Assembly (NCBI GenBank): GCA_963663865.1
Contig: OY760686.1
Location: 928,001 to 992,000 of the forward strand
From: Spirochaetota bacterium
Lineage (GTDB): Bacteria; Spirochaetota; UBA4802; UBA5550
Direction of reading: 5' to 3'
DNA length: 64,000 bases
The notes below the pieces were generated by a model that did not search any database, had not been told where the DNA came from, and worked only from the letters and a program-made list of their open reading frames with translations. Positions 1-8,889 of the stretch are shown here, piece after piece. Both the position numbers and the translations under genes were made by a program. Positions within the stretch are counted from its first letter, which is position 1; each line of letters opens with the position of its first letter.

Positions 1-12
1 GACTGGAAAGGT

Positions 13-549
13 GTGAAGTCCGGGAAAGAGTACACATTCTGCTTTATGTTTATTGAACTCGATAATCAGAAGGAGCTAAAGAAGGCATTTCACGGCCCGA
101 CTCTTGAGAGATTTACGGGAATGCTCAAGGAGTCAATAGAGAAGGCTGTAACTCCGTCGCTCGGAAAAATATGGATGTGGATGGACCTCGGGGGCCTTGT
201 GCTCTTTCCCTTTGACGGGGAAGGCTGCCCTGCAATACTTGAGGCATTCAGGCTCATGCTTAACAGAAAGATAATCAGCTATGAAGATTTTGATGCGGAA
301 ATTCTGTTAAGCTATAGAATTGCGGTTCATATCGGCGACACAGTTTATCATTCGAGAGGGGAAACCGGGGAAATAGTCTCTGATTCAATAAACTCAATCT
401 TTCATCTGGGACAGAAGTTTGCTGATCCCGGAGGCATGTATCTGACTGAGGATGCGCGCGGCTACATACCTCAGGGGCTTGAGAGAAGTTTTCTTCCTGC
501 CGGTAAATACGAAGGACGTGAAATATTCAGGCTGAGGGGGCTCGTTTGA
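13..549 (+). CDS. Class III adenylate/guanylate cyclase-like domain protein (probably 5'-truncated by the window edge)
   Basis: YRIAVHIGD...IVSDSINSIFHL...MYLTEDA resembles the C-terminal half of the cyclase fold; catalytic residues look degenerate. Confidence 0.55.
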   Translation: MKSGKEYTFCFMFIELDNQKELKKAFHGPTLERFTGMLKESIEKAVTPSLGKIWMWMDLGGLVLFPFDGEGCPAILEAFRLMLNRKIISYEDFDAEILLSYRIAVHIGDTVYHSRGETGEIVSDSINSIFHLGQKFADPGGMYLTEDARGYIPQGLERSFLPAGKYEGREIFRLRGLV

Positions 550-556
550 CAGGAGT

Positions 557-1246
557 TCATTCAGACAGCCACTTCCCGGCTGAATGGACCAGCTTTTCGT
601 TCGGGTGAAATCTGTTTTTGTACTCAAGGCTTCTGTTCCCTTTGACATAGTAACCGAGGTAGTAATAGCTCAGCCCCAGAGAGGCAGCGAGTCTGGTTTC
701 AGCTATAGCGCTGTAAGTCCCGGGGCTGTATCCGGAAAACTCAGGGTAGTAACAAAAGTAAACACTGCTCAGGCCTTTCGAAGTAAAATCGATAAAACCA
801 GCTCCAATGATTTTGCCTGCCACTCTATAAACCGATATCGCTGAGGGGCAGGATGGCGTGCAGAAGGAGGCGTTAAACTCTTCGGGTTCGGATGCAGATC
901 CGAATTTGGCGAGTGAGTGGGCCCGGTAGACTTCATAGATTTCATCTGAATACTCAAGGCTTCTCAGCTCAATCTCTACCGAGGCTGACCTTTTCATTAC
1001 TCTTCTCTGGCTTTTGCTGAGTCTCAATTCGGCGGTTTTAATTCGCAGCGGAATACAGCTGACGCATGACGGGCATTTCGGCCTGAAGAAGTACATGCCG
1101 AACTTTCTCCATCCTTCGGAGAAAAGGTTTTCAAGCTCAATAGCCCCCACCTCTGATGCAAAAAAGTATTCATATCGGGCTCTCTGACCATCAATGTATG
1201 GACATGGCGATTCAGGGCTTATAGCGGTTGGCTGATGTATTACCAT
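557..1246 (-). CDS. bpt: Arginyl-tRNA-protein transferase family (Ate/Bpt; bacterial aspartate/glutamate leucyltransferase)
   Basis: CPY, GWRKFG..FFRPKCPSCVSCIPLRI, LSSVYFCYYP, YYYLGYYV..SLEYK motifs; ATG at 1246 preferred to the TTG at 1282. Confidence 0.85.
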   Translation of the reverse strand: MVIHQPTAISPESPCPYIDGQRARYEYFFASEVGAIELENLFSEGWRKFGMYFFRPKCPSCVSCIPLRIKTAELRLSKSQRRVMKRSASVEIELRSLEYSDEIYEVYRAHSLAKFGSASEPEEFNASFCTPSCPSAISVYRVAGKIIGAGFIDFTSKGLSSVYFCYYPEFSGYSPGTYSAIAETRLAASLGLSYYYLGYYVKGNRSLEYKNRFHPNEKLVHSAGKWLSE

Positions 1247-1489
1247 TTTATCTCGTTTCAAGGGTCTTCTGCAGTTAAACAACTCTGTGATAAGCGGAAA
1301 AAACGCTTACAGAGTTCTGATCGTATAAGCTGTTTGGCCGCACAGGCTATTAATTGTTCAGCTGTCGAAGGCGAATAAGGCACAGTATTTCATCTGCAAT
1401 GCTTTTCCGCATAATATAAGCGTTACAAAGGGTCAAGAGATTATTTTGTAATAGACATCCCCGGCCCGGCCGGCTACTATTTACCGCTT

Positions 1490-2242
1490 ATGAAAACCAG
1501 GATAGAAATAAGAAAACTGTGTAAATCCTTCGGCGAAAAGCAGGTTCTCGCCGGACTTGATCTTAATATATATGAAGGTGAGATTCTCTGCGTAATCGGT
1601 AAAAGCGGAACTGGAAAATCTGTTATCATGAAACATATAGCAGGACTTCTTTCTCCGGACAGCGGAGATATACTGATAGACGGCAGGGCCTACTCAGAGC
1701 AGTCCCCGGTAGATCTTGGTGAACTGCTTGCTCAGATAGGCATTCTGTTTCAGGGAGCTGCGCTTTTTGACTCAATGAATGTCTACGACAATGTGGCTTT
1801 TGGCCTGAGAAGGAGAGGTGAATCGGAGGATAAAGTTTCATCCACAGTCAAAGAGCTTCTTGAAAGTGTAGGGCTTCCCGATATTGCTGACAGAATGCCT
1901 TCCGCTCTTTCCGGGGGGATGCAGAAACGTGTGGGGCTAGCAAGGGCCCTTGCGGTAAAGCCTTCGATAATGCTCTATGATGAGCCGACAACCGGAGTAG
2001 ATCCGATTACAGCCGGGTCGGTTGACAGGCTTATTCTTGAAACGCGGGAAAGGCATGGCGTAACTTCCATAGTCGTTACTCACGATATTGAATCGGCGAA
2101 AAAGATTGCGGACAGAATTGCTATGGTATACGAAGGCCAGGTAATACACGCGGGCCCTCCGGCATCGCTTGAAGATTCTGATAATGAAATAATCAAACAG
2201 TTTGTTGCAGGGAGAGCCGATGGTCCTATTTCAGTTTCATAA
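1490..2242 (+). CDS. mlaF: ABC transporter ATP-binding protein, MlaF/Mkl family
   Basis: Walker A GKSGTGKS, LFQGAALFDSMNVYDNVAF, LSGGMQKRVGLARA, LYDEPTTG. Confidence 0.85.
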   Translation: MKTRIEIRKLCKSFGEKQVLAGLDLNIYEGEILCVIGKSGTGKSVIMKHIAGLLSPDSGDILIDGRAYSEQSPVDLGELLAQIGILFQGAALFDSMNVYDNVAFGLRRRGESEDKVSSTVKELLESVGLPDIADRMPSALSGGMQKRVGLARALAVKPSIMLYDEPTTGVDPITAGSVDRLILETRERHGVTSIVVTHDIESAKKIADRIAMVYEGQVIHAGPPASLEDSDNEIIKQFVAGRADGPISVS

Positions 2243-3563
2243 GGTGAATATTATTCTGGCATTTATTCTGTTAAGCATCATTTCCTTTGGGTGCAGGGAG
2301 GACCGTCTGCCGGGCAAATATGTCTACAACGGAGATATAAAACCGGAGGATCACGGGCATCTGGCAGATAAAAAGATATATATTGATCCGGGACATGGCG
2401 GAAAGGGGAAATCCGACGCTTTCAGGGTTGCACCGAACGGAATAACAGAAGAGGAAATAAATCTGAGTGTTTCACTTATTTTGTCTGATATGCTTTCAAG
2501 GGCCGGTGTTGATGTCGTTATGTCGAGAACAAAAGATGAAGATATCACTCTTAAGCAGAGAGCTGAAATGGTCAGAGCCGCTTCACCGGATATCCTTGTC
2601 AGTGTTCATCATAACGGAACACGAAGAGCCGCCGACGGAGTCAATTATCCTCTTGTGTTCATCAGGGGATCGGCTGGTATATCTCCGGTAAGCTTTGATA
2701 TGGCTGAAGCATTGCTCGCGGAGTTTGAAAAGCTTCTGGGAGTCAGCGGGCAAGTCGTTTCAGACTTTGCTGTTTTCAACGAAACAGGAACAATGCTTCT
2801 TCGTGAAACCTACGATGTATGTCCGGGAATTATAGGAGAAGCCGGCTTTTTTTCGGATGATCGCTTCTGTGAAAAGCTTGCTGACAGGGATTTCAATCAA
2901 CGTGAAGCGGAGGCTTACTTTCGTGCAATATCCTTGTACTTTATAAAAGGCATGCCTTCGGCCGTCATCGCATATAATGGAGGACGAAAGTCCGGCGGCC
3001 CTGCCTATGTGATAAAAACAGATACCGGAATCAAAGACAGCCGTATTATGCCCGGAAGCATGAAAGTTACGATTAATGATGTTCCAGTCTCATTCGTAAA
3101 ACGCGGCGAAGGTAAGTATCTTGTTGATCCGGGGGGGCGAATCTATCCTGGAGAACACAGGCTTAACATTTCTTTTAAAAATATAGAAGGGCATTCGAGT
3201 CCCCTTTACTTTTTCAGGTTTAGTAGAATGATAAAGAAAGGGGATTATGATAGGCTCAACTCGGAAGGCGGGAACCTCATCAGCCGCCGTAATACAGCTG
3301 CTGAGGGATTGAAGATGCTGACAGCTGCTTTTTCTATGAATCCAACCGGAATCGAGGCCCCCGGACTGCTGAGGAATATATCAAGGGGCTTTGAGGTGTT
3401 GGGATTAAACAAAACTTCAAGATATTATCTTGAAAGCGCTTCAACGTTTTTTCCAAATGCAAATGGCAGGAAACGGACGAGTTTAATGGGAAGTGAAAGT
3501 AATTATTTTCCAGTGCGTTATTACGGAATAAAAATTCCAGTTGTACCTTTTTCGAAAATATGA
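2220..3563 (+). CDS. N-acetylmuramoyl-L-alanine amidase (Amidase_3), probable lipoprotein with C-terminal extension
   Basis: IYIDPGHGG, E..INL, LKQRA, VSVHHN, GEAGF Zn-amidase motifs; hydrophobic N-terminus ending in FGC. Confidence 0.85.
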   Translation: MVLFQFHKVNIILAFILLSIISFGCREDRLPGKYVYNGDIKPEDHGHLADKKIYIDPGHGGKGKSDAFRVAPNGITEEEINLSVSLILSDMLSRAGVDVVMSRTKDEDITLKQRAEMVRAASPDILVSVHHNGTRRAADGVNYPLVFIRGSAGISPVSFDMAEALLAEFEKLLGVSGQVVSDFAVFNETGTMLLRETYDVCPGIIGEAGFFSDDRFCEKLADRDFNQREAEAYFRAISLYFIKGMPSAVIAYNGGRKSGGPAYVIKTDTGIKDSRIMPGSMKVTINDVPVSFVKRGEGKYLVDPGGRIYPGEHRLNISFKNIEGHSSPLYFFRFSRMIKKGDYDRLNSEGGNLISRRNTAAEGLKMLTAAFSMNPTGIEAPGLLRNISRGFEVLGLNKTSRYYLESASTFFPNANGRKRTSLMGSESNYFPVRYYGIKIPVVPFSKI

Positions 3564-3694
3564 TACCCTGGATACTATTAATTAGACGAAGTAATAATTG
3601 AAGTAATAATTATTGACGCGAAAATTATATTTTGATGGACACTGTGAATTATTTTGCTATTATAATCACAGTGATATGTTTTTTCGGAGAGCAC

Positions 3695-4888
3695 ATGACT
3701 GTTAATCTTCATAATTCAGAAGAATTTTTAGGCCGCGGCAGGAAGAGGCTCTTTCTCCGCAGCTCTTCTGTAAGAAATCCCAAAGCCCTGGTTTTTATAG
3801 TGCACGGTCTTGGGGAACATTCAGGCAGATACACCCGTTTAACGGACAGTCTGGGTTCTATCGGTATGTCTGTGTACAGCTTTGATCTTCCGGGTCACGG
3901 GAAATCAACCGGGAGAAGAGGGCACGCATCAAATCTTTCAGTCTACCATGACTCTCTGACTGATGTTATTAAAAGAGCGAGTGAATCCCATCCTGATCGG
4001 CCGCTATTTCTTTTCGGGCATAGCCTCGGGGCTCTTGTAGCCTTTATCTATGCGCTTGATCATCCTGACTTGTTTCAGGGTCTTGTTCTATCTTCGCCGC
4101 CCTTTCGGCCTTTAAAAGCCAGCGGGTTCTTTCATAAGAGAATTATATCGTCCATGTCATCGCTTCTTCCTTTTGTCACTGTTTCAAACAGGATAAAACC
4201 TTCAGAGTTGACTCACGATGAAGAGGCAATTGATATCTTTGAAAATGATTATCTCGTTCACAACCGCGTTTCTTTCAGACTTGCCAGCCTTATCAATAAA
4301 AAAGCAAGAGAATGTCTTGACAGGGCGGGGGCTCTGGCCATTCCTCTTCTGATTGTGCACGGGAGGGAAGATGCGGTTGCAGATTACAGAGGAAGTGAAG
4401 AGGTTGTCCGAAAAGTAGTTTTTCCGGACAGCGAACTGGTTATATACGATTGTCTTTTTCACGAAACATTAAATGAAATTCAAAAGGAGAGAAGTGCTGT
4501 GTTAAAAAAAATTACTGACTGGTTTCAGGAAAAGCTCGCTCAGAAATCGGGCTGCGGACAGGTTCAGGAAGGAACCTCTGCGGCACACCAGATGAAGGAA
4601 GTCCCTGCTGCTGATGAGGGTAAAAAGCCTGCGGTTAAGAAGGCAGCTGCAAAAAAGGCTTCAACTAAGAAGGCGGCAGCTGCAAAAAAACCAGCCGTAA
4701 AAAAGGCTTCCGCAAAGAAGGCGGCTTCAAAAAAAGCAGCTGCTAAAAAACCTGCGGTGAAAAAAGCCCCGGCTAAAAAACCTGCTGCGAAAAAAGCTTC
4801 AGCAAAAAAGACGTCTGCTAAAAAGCCGGCTGTAAAAAAAACAGCCTCTAAGAAAGCTTCATCTAAAAAAACCTCAAAGAAAAGCTGA
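3695..4888 (+). CDS. Alpha/beta hydrolase (lysophospholipase/monoglyceride lipase family) with Lys/Ala-rich histone-H1-like C-terminal tail
   Basis: [25 protein letters not shown] nucleophile, HGRED, FHE; KKPA/KKAS repeats from ~4620; ATG at 3695 follows GGAG. Confidence 0.85.
   Translation: MTVNLHNSEEFLGRGRKRLFLRSSSVRNPKALVFIVHGLGEHSGRYTRLTDSLGSIGMSVYSFDLPGHGKSTGRRGHASNLSVYHDSLTDVIKRASESHPDRPLFLFGHSLGALVAFIYALDHPDLFQGLVLSSPPFRPLKASGFFHKRIISSMSSLLPFVTVSNRIKPSELTHDEEAIDIFENDYLVHNRVSFRLASLINKKARECLDRAGALAIPLLIVHGREDAVADYRGSEEVVRKVVFPDSELVIYDCLFHETLNEIQKERSAVLKKITDWFQEKLAQKSGCGQVQEGTSAAHQMKEVPAADEGKKPAVKKAAAKKASTKKAAAAKKPAVKKASAKKAASKKAAAKKPAVKKAPAKKPAAKKASAKKTSAKKPAVKKTASKKASSKKTSKKS
4621..4885 (+). 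repeat. Low-complexity coding repeat ([10 protein letters not shown] pentapeptides)
   Basis: Degenerate ~15-nt repeats encoding (A/S/V)KK(A/P/T)(A/S). Confidence 0.9.
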
Positions 4889-4891
4889 CGA

Positions 4892-6253
4892 ATGAATTTG
4901 AACAAATGGGCACGTGAGAGCTGGAGAGAGTTTCCGGCTCTCCAGCAGCCCGCCTATGTTGATTCCGGTTCTCTTGCCGGGGTGAGGGCAAAGCTGGAGA
5001 AACTTCCGCCTCTTGTCCTTCCCGCGGAAATAGACAGGCTCAAAGGCCTGACAGCGGCAGCATCAGCCGGGAAGTCCTTCATTCTGCAGGGCGGTGACTG
5101 TGCTGAACGATTTGAAGATTGCGAAGCGGACTTAATCGCAAACAAGATTAAGATTATGCTCCAAATGAGCCTCATCCTGACGTTTGGGGCCAGAAAACCG
5201 GTGATAAGGCTTGGCAGAATTGCCGGACAGTACTCCAAACCGCGTTCGCAGCCGACAGAAAAAACGCCTTTTGGCGAGCTGTCGTCATATAAAGGGGATG
5301 CCGTAAATTCTCATGTCCAGACCGCTGAAGGGCGAAGCCCTGATCCTGAAAGACTGGTAAGCGCATATTTTCACTCATCGGCGACGCTTAACTATATCAG
5401 GGGGCTTCTTGAGAGCGGATTTGCTGATCTCCATAACCCGTATTCGTGGAACCTGCACTCAATAGAAGAATCCGATGCATGGCCCCGCTACAGCAGAATT
5501 GTGAACGGTATTGTTGACGCTGTGAGTTTTATGGAATCCTTCGGAGGGCTCAATCCTGACATTGTCGCAAGGGCAGAGTTTTACACCTCACATGAAGGGC
5601 TTGTCCTGGAGTACGAAGAGGCTATGACCAGGTTCGATGCGGGGTCGGGAAGATGGTACAATGCCGGAGCACATATGCTCTGGATAGGCGAAAGGACAAG
5701 ACAGATTGATGGCGCCCATGCCGAGTACTTCAGGGGAATTGCCAATCCTATCGGAATAAAGGCAGGGCCTGACGCTGATCCGCATGAGCTGGAGGAGCTA
5801 ATTGGCAGGCTTAATCCTTCGAATGAAGACGGACGTATTACACTGATAACCAGAATGGGAGATAATCTTGTTGCCGAGAGGCTGCCCGGGATTCTTAAGC
5901 ATCTGTCAAAGTCAAATCTCAGAATTACATATAGCTGCGATCCAATGCACGGGAATATATACAGCACGGACGAGTGCATCAAGACAAGGGATTTCAACAG
6001 AATAATGTCTGAACTGAGCTCATCCTTCAGAATACACAGTGAAACAGGCCTCAGGCTGGCAGGAGTACACTTCGAACTGACCGGAGACGATGTAACAGAA
6101 TGCGTAGGCGGATCATCAGGAATAAGCCATTCAGACCTTGCCACAAACTATCAGAGCTTCTGTGACCCCAGGTTAAATTGTTCACAGAGCCTCGAAATGG
6201 CGCTGTTGATAGCCGAACTGCTTTCAGCTGATAATGGATGTTTGCGCGGTTAA
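4892..6253 (+). CDS. Class II 3-deoxy-7-phosphoheptulonate (DAHP) synthase
   Basis: LQGGDCAE, GRIAGQYSKPRS, WIGERTRQ, CDPMHGN, CDPRLN. Confidence 0.95.
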   Translation: MNLNKWARESWREFPALQQPAYVDSGSLAGVRAKLEKLPPLVLPAEIDRLKGLTAAASAGKSFILQGGDCAERFEDCEADLIANKIKIMLQMSLILTFGARKPVIRLGRIAGQYSKPRSQPTEKTPFGELSSYKGDAVNSHVQTAEGRSPDPERLVSAYFHSSATLNYIRGLLESGFADLHNPYSWNLHSIEESDAWPRYSRIVNGIVDAVSFMESFGGLNPDIVARAEFYTSHEGLVLEYEEAMTRFDAGSGRWYNAGAHMLWIGERTRQIDGAHAEYFRGIANPIGIKAGPDADPHELEELIGRLNPSNEDGRITLITRMGDNLVAERLPGILKHLSKSNLRITYSCDPMHGNIYSTDECIKTRDFNRIMSELSSSFRIHSETGLRLAGVHFELTGDDVTECVGGSSGISHSDLATNYQSFCDPRLNCSQSLEMALLIAELLSADNGCLRG

Positions 6254-6523
6254 TAACAGCCGAGCTGTAAATATACTAATATAGTAATCAACCTGCGGGC
6301 TTTGTACACCGTCAGCTCTGATTAGACAGTGAAAATACAATGCCAACGCGTGTCTCCATTATCCCCCATAAATTTACACAATCGTAACAGAGAACGCTCC
6401 GTTTTTTTAATGTGTTACATCGCTGTTAAATTCCCGCAATAAACAGGCCCGGCGAAGATTCCAATCTTGACAGTGTTTACATAAAAACATATCCGCTTTA
6501 TAAAACATAAGCGGAGGCTATTG

Positions 6524-7741
6524 ATGATAAACTATGTAGATACGGCGTGGATGCTCGTTGCAACGTCGCTTGTAATGATTATGACGCCGACACTTGCTTT
6601 CTTTTACGGCGGCCTTGTCCGAAAAAAAAATATACTGTCGGTGCTTATGCAGACGATGGTTATTCTCGGTGTCGTCTCTTTACAATGGGTCCTTTTTGGA
6701 TACAGCCTTTCTTTCGGATCTGATATCGGAGGTGTGATAGGCGGCCTCAACCATCTTGCTCTTAAGGGAGTGGGAATGCAGCCTCTTGAAGGACAGACTA
6801 TCCCTCACCAGCTATTTATGATGTTTCAAATGATGTTTGCGGTAATTACGCCGGCACTCATCGTGGGGGCTTTTGTTGAACGGATTAAGTTTTCCGGCTT
6901 TCTGTTATTCGTAATTCTGTGGACAACATTAATCTATGATCCTATGGCTCACATGGTCTGGTCTCCGGAAGGATGGCTTTACAAGCTCGGTGCGCTTGAC
7001 TTTGCTGGAGGTACAGTAATACATATTACCGCAGGTGTTACGGCGCTTGTCATGTCCCTTATGCTCGGGAAAAGAAGGGGGTGCGGTATGGGAAGTTCGC
7101 CTCACAACCTTCCGCTTTCAGTACTCGGAGCAGGATTCCTGTGGTTCGGCTGGTTCGGATTCAACGCCGGCAGCGCTCTCGGTGTCTCGGTACAAACAGT
7201 TTCGGCATTTGTTAATACAAATACAGCGGCAGCAGCCGGTGCAGTGTCATGGATGATTATTGACTGGGCGGTGCATTCAAAGCCGACTGTCCTCGGAGTT
7301 ATTACTGGAATCGTTGCGGGGCTCGTTGCAGTAACTCCGGCTGCCGGATTTGTAACCCCGGTTTCATCTATTTTCATTGGAATTGGCGGAAGCCTCTGCG
7401 GTTTCTTCTTTGTCTCAGTTGTTAAGAAAAAGTTCGGATATGATGATTCGCTGGATGTCTTTGGAGTTCACGGCGTAGCTGGAATTTTCGGCGCCGTAGC
7501 TACCGGAGTATTTGCAGATAAATCTGTGGGCGGAGTTGACGGGCTTATAAACGGTAATCTTCATCAGTTTGGCATTCAGATTCTCGCGGCCGGTGTCGCT
7601 ATAGTTTTCGCCGCGGTCGGAACTGTAATCATCTACAAAATAGTGGATATGATCACTGGGATGAGGGTCGAAGTCAGAGATGAACAGCTCGGCCTTGATT
7701 TGTCACAGCACCGGGAAGCTGGATACACATTAATAGACTGA
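6524..7741 (+). CDS. amtB: Ammonium transporter
   Basis: [34 protein letters not shown]; followed by a PII gene. Confidence 0.97.
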   Translation: MINYVDTAWMLVATSLVMIMTPTLAFFYGGLVRKKNILSVLMQTMVILGVVSLQWVLFGYSLSFGSDIGGVIGGLNHLALKGVGMQPLEGQTIPHQLFMMFQMMFAVITPALIVGAFVERIKFSGFLLFVILWTTLIYDPMAHMVWSPEGWLYKLGALDFAGGTVIHITAGVTALVMSLMLGKRRGCGMGSSPHNLPLSVLGAGFLWFGWFGFNAGSALGVSVQTVSAFVNTNTAAAAGAVSWMIIDWAVHSKPTVLGVITGIVAGLVAVTPAAGFVTPVSSIFIGIGGSLCGFFFVSVVKKKFGYDDSLDVFGVHGVAGIFGAVATGVFADKSVGGVDGLINGNLHQFGIQILAAGVAIVFAAVGTVIIYKIVDMITGMRVEVRDEQLGLDLSQHREAGYTLID

Positions 7742-7754
7742 CAGGAGATTAAAT

Positions 7755-8096
7755 ATGAAATATGTTATAGCTGTAATAAGGCCTCACAAGCTTGAAGATG
7801 TGAAGGCTGAACTTGACAAAGTTCAGGTCCACCTGATGACGGTTTCAGAGGTGCTTGGATGCGGCCGGCAGAAGGGTGTGACAGAAGTCTACAGAGGGCT
7901 CAAGGAAGTAAGCAATCTGCTTCACAAGGTGAAGATAGAAATCGCTGTTAACAATGAGTTTCTTGAGAAAACAATTGAAGCTATTGAAAAGGGAGCGGGT
8001 GAAGGTGAAATCGGAGATGGTAAGATATTCATATTTAACATGGAAGACTGTATCAGAATAAGGACCCATGAAAGAGGCAAGCTCGCTATCGGATAA
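7755..8096 (+). CDS. glnK: P-II nitrogen regulator
   Basis: GCGRQKG.TEVYRG T-loop, [14 protein letters not shown]; adjacent to amtB. Confidence 0.95.
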   Translation: MKYVIAVIRPHKLEDVKAELDKVQVHLMTVSEVLGCGRQKGVTEVYRGLKEVSNLLHKVKIEIAVNNEFLEKTIEAIEKGAGEGEIGDGKIFIFNMEDCIRIRTHERGKLAIG

Positions 8097-8117
8097 TTAA
8101 AACACTGTTTGTGATGC

Positions 8118-8148
8118 AAAAAAGGGAAGGCCTATACCTTCCCTTTTT
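8118..8148. terminator. Intrinsic terminator after amtB-glnK
   Basis: AAAAAAGGGAAGG-cctata-CCTTCCCTTTTT hairpin with A/T tracts. Confidence 0.85.
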
Positions 8149-8197
8149 AACTTGACATGACATGTGTGAATTTCATTATTCAAACCGTGATAAAATA

Positions 8198-8845
8198 ATG
8201 AAAAATGCATTGATAAAAGTATTAAAAATATCAGGAGCAGCCCTTACGGCGCTGCTTCTCGTAATCATTGTTTTCGACCTGTGGATAAGCCTGGCTTCCC
8301 GGCAGTATCTTTACGATGAAATTTCGTCTATTCCAAACAACCGCGTAGGCCTTCTGCTGGGCACAAGCCAGTTTCTTAAAACCGGGATACGGAATCCTTA
8401 TTTTGAAAACAGAATTCAGGCCGCGGCCGATCTCTATAAAGAGGGCAAGATAAGGTATGTTATAGCAAGCGGTGATAACAGGGAAATGTACTACAATGAG
8501 CCCAGGAAGATGAAGGAGGCCCTGCTTAAAGTGGGAATCCCTGAAAGGGCGATTATTCAGGATTTCGCGGGCCTGAGGACTCTTGATTCTGTTATAAGGT
8601 GCAGCCGAGTGTTTGGTCAGGAAAAGTTCACTGTTATTTCGCAGAAGTTTCATAATGAGAGGGCGGTCTTTATTGCCCGTCGAAATGGAATAAAGGCAAT
8701 TGCTTTCAACGCGGAAGAAGTGGATTTTCCGGAATCGGTAAGGACTGGATTAAGGGAGTACCTTGCCAGGTTTAAGGCCGTGCTTGATGTTTTTATCCTT
8801 GCTAAGGAGCCCCGGCATCTGGGAGAGAAGATTGAAATTAAATAG
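8198..8845 (+). CDS. sanA: SanA/YdcF (DUF218) family protein
   Basis: LLLGTS, NPYFENRI, SGDN...YNEP..M, DFAGLRTLDS, SQKFHNERA, REYLAR. Confidence 0.9.
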   Translation: MKNALIKVLKISGAALTALLLVIIVFDLWISLASRQYLYDEISSIPNNRVGLLLGTSQFLKTGIRNPYFENRIQAAADLYKEGKIRYVIASGDNREMYYNEPRKMKEALLKVGIPERAIIQDFAGLRTLDSVIRCSRVFGQEKFTVISQKFHNERAVFIARRNGIKAIAFNAEEVDFPESVRTGLREYLARFKAVLDVFILAKEPRHLGEKIEIK

Positions 8846-8889
8846 AGACGTAATGCAGCGCATGTCTCCGCTCAGCTCCCGGTATTTCA

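Noticed and set aside
3589-3611. AAGTAATAATT direct repeat upstream of the hydrolase
   Set aside because: Only two copies in an AT-rich promoter region; too weak to call an operator
4564-4905. Phe/Ala-rich minus-strand ORF
   Set aside because: Antisense shadow of the Lys/Ala tail
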